64,000 nucleotides of DNA. Origin: Octopus sinensis (lineage: Eukaryota). Every line of letters begins with the position of its first letter. Within the stretch, counting starts at the first letter, position 1. Both the position numbers and the translations under genes were made by a program. Below are positions 62,061 to 64,000 of this stretch, one piece after another. The stretch covers positions 17,112,001-17,176,000 of the forward strand of contig NC_043003.1 in NCBI RefSeq assembly GCF_006345805.1, in the 5' to 3' direction. The notes beneath the pieces were generated by a model that was given only the letters and a program-made list of their open reading frames with translations, was not told the DNA's origin and ran no database searches.

Positions 62061-63182
62061 GGTGGGTGAGAGAAATCTTCCTGCCGAAAGGTAATACTTA
62101 GCCGCAGAGCCTCTGCTACTCCAGCCTATCTCTGACTCCGACTATCACCAGCATCATCAGCACAACAAACTACCATGATTAACAATCCTATACGCAATAA
62201 ACCAGCTTAAAGCTCTCTGTCACGACACTGTACACCAGTTCGACTTCTCTCACAAGAGCTACGCGGTGATTACCTCTCTCACACTACACTTAGTCTCTCT
62301 CAAAAACAGAACTCTCTAGTTCTTTGGACTCTGGTTTGCACTTCGAAATTTTTTACAAATCTGAGGTTGGTAGGATTTATATTCAGTTACCCCGATTTTA
62401 CCTATCCTTTCCTTAAAAACTTTTTAAAATTTAAAAGATCTATATTTTTATTACTTTCACTAAACTTTTACCAACAGCCTTAGCATTGGTTTGTTGTTCT
62501 TTATTCACTTATATATATACATAGATGTGTATGTATGTATGTATAATAATGTGTGTATGTATAATTATATATATATGTATATATATATATACGCACATAC
62601 ACAATTACCCATCCGGCTCTTTTTCTATTTCCTTATTTTCATATCCTCTTCATTAGGAAATTAAATCCGGTACATGCCATGTATAATTAAAACTTATAAT
62701 GAAATTTTACTTTATAAAAGATTTTTAAGCAAATTTTCTTTGAAATGTTCTATCCTTTAAAATAATTGAATCGTTATTCTAACAATTTAATTTACATTTA
62801 TTTTTTTCTTCCGTTTTATCCTTCCCATATTTTAAATATTTGCTTACCTGTAATCAGCAAGATTAAAGCTGATGTTTTCTCTCAAACTTCTTACATTAAC
62901 ATATATGTTAATGTAAATGTTTGCGTAAAAATTTTTTTTGGGGAATTTAATATGTTGAAAACGTGTTAATTAAAACTTAGTTATACATATAAAATAAGAA
63001 GCCGAATATATTTTAATTAGATTATCAATAAACTAAACTTTGTAATACCACTAAACACAATTCCTCATCTTAAATTAAGACGTTTTACTTTTAATTACGA
63101 TTGATTTAACTTCGATCAGTTTAGCAGGAAAGAAAAATGTAATTTGGAATATTTCCTTTTATAAGAACCGTTCTTTTTCCAT

Positions 63183-63362
63183 TGTTATTATTAATTATTA
63201 TTATCATTATTATTATTATTATCATTATTATTATTATTATTACTATTACTATTATTATTATTATTATTACTATTATTATTATTATTATTACTATTATTAT
63301 TATTATCATTATTATTATTATTATTATTATTATCATCATTATTATTATAATGATGATAATAA
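63183..63362. repeat. (ATT)n microsatellite
   Basis: Direct reading. Confidence 0.95.
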
Positions 63363-63671
63363 TGATTTCTTTATTAACCATAAGGTTTACATTCAGAAAA
63401 AACAGTATGGACAGCACAGGGCAAAATGAAGAATGTGTGTGAGTGTGTATTGTTGTCAGGGTTTTGCGTGTAAACAAGACTAATAAAATAAAAAAAAAAA
63501 GAAAGAAATCAACAGTGTGTAATCTTTAATAGGGAAGAGATGTTTAAGGGCTGCTCATAGAAAAACCCCATAAAAAAAACATGGGTACCCTGACTTTTGG
63601 GGCAGGTGCTTTTTTTTCCTTTCCATTTTTCCAACTACACCATTCTCGCCACTTTCATCCACCTACAATAA

Positions 63672-63883
63672 GACGGCGAGCTGGCAGAATCGTTAGCATG
63701 CCGGACAAAATACTTAGCGGCATTTCGTCCGTCATTACGTTCTGAGTTCAAATTCCTCCGAGATCGACATTGCCTTTCATCCTTTCGAGGTCGATGAATT
63801 AAGTACCAATGAAACACTGCGGTCGATATAATCGACTAGGCCCCACCCAACAAATTTGAGGCCTTGTGCCGCTAGGAGAAAAG

Positions 63884-63915
<32 letters not shown>

Positions 63916-64000
63916 GGCGGCGAGCTGGCAGAATCATTAGCACGCCGGGAAAAATGCTTAGCGGCATTTCACCCGTCATTACATTCTAAGTTCAAATTCC
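63672..64000 (+). mobile_element. Two SINE S2 copies (63672-63885 with (ATT)n tail; 63916 to window end)
   Basis: GACGGCGAGCTGGCAGAATC and GGCGGCGAGCTGGCAGAATC heads. Confidence 0.85.

Overview
AT-rich, repeat-saturated eukaryotic non-coding DNA (intergenic or intronic). The tRNA-derived SINE families and dense (TA)n/(ATGT)n/(GATA)n/(AAT)n microsatellites look like an octopus (coleoid cephalopod) genome; this is recognition from memory, not a database result. No host protein-coding gene is supported, and nearly all listed ORFs are translations of microsatellites or SINEs. The supportable content is: (i) dozens of copies of at least four tRNA-headed SINE families (called S1-S4 here), many with clean target-site duplications (TSDs); (ii) decayed non-LTR retrotransposons (R4/Dong-like and HERO-like restriction-like-endonuclease elements, several RTE families including a BovB-like one, Penelope GIY-YIG and RT pieces); (iii) mariner remnants/MITEs and Helentron-like non-autonomous elements; (iv) local duplications and a SINE-derived 25-bp minisatellite. 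The most interesting signal is a set of minimal hammerhead-ribozyme (HHR) motifs from several unrelated families (about 4.0, 4.5, 4.7, 9.1, 12.8, 18.0, 34.1 and 37.1 kb). One of them sits in a composite element of tRNA-type Pol III promoter + (AAT)n + hammerhead + Penelope-style inverted tail (36.8-37.15 kb), a candidate ribozyme-bearing SINE/retrozyme. All alignments, folds and translations were done by eye; coordinates may be off by a few bases.
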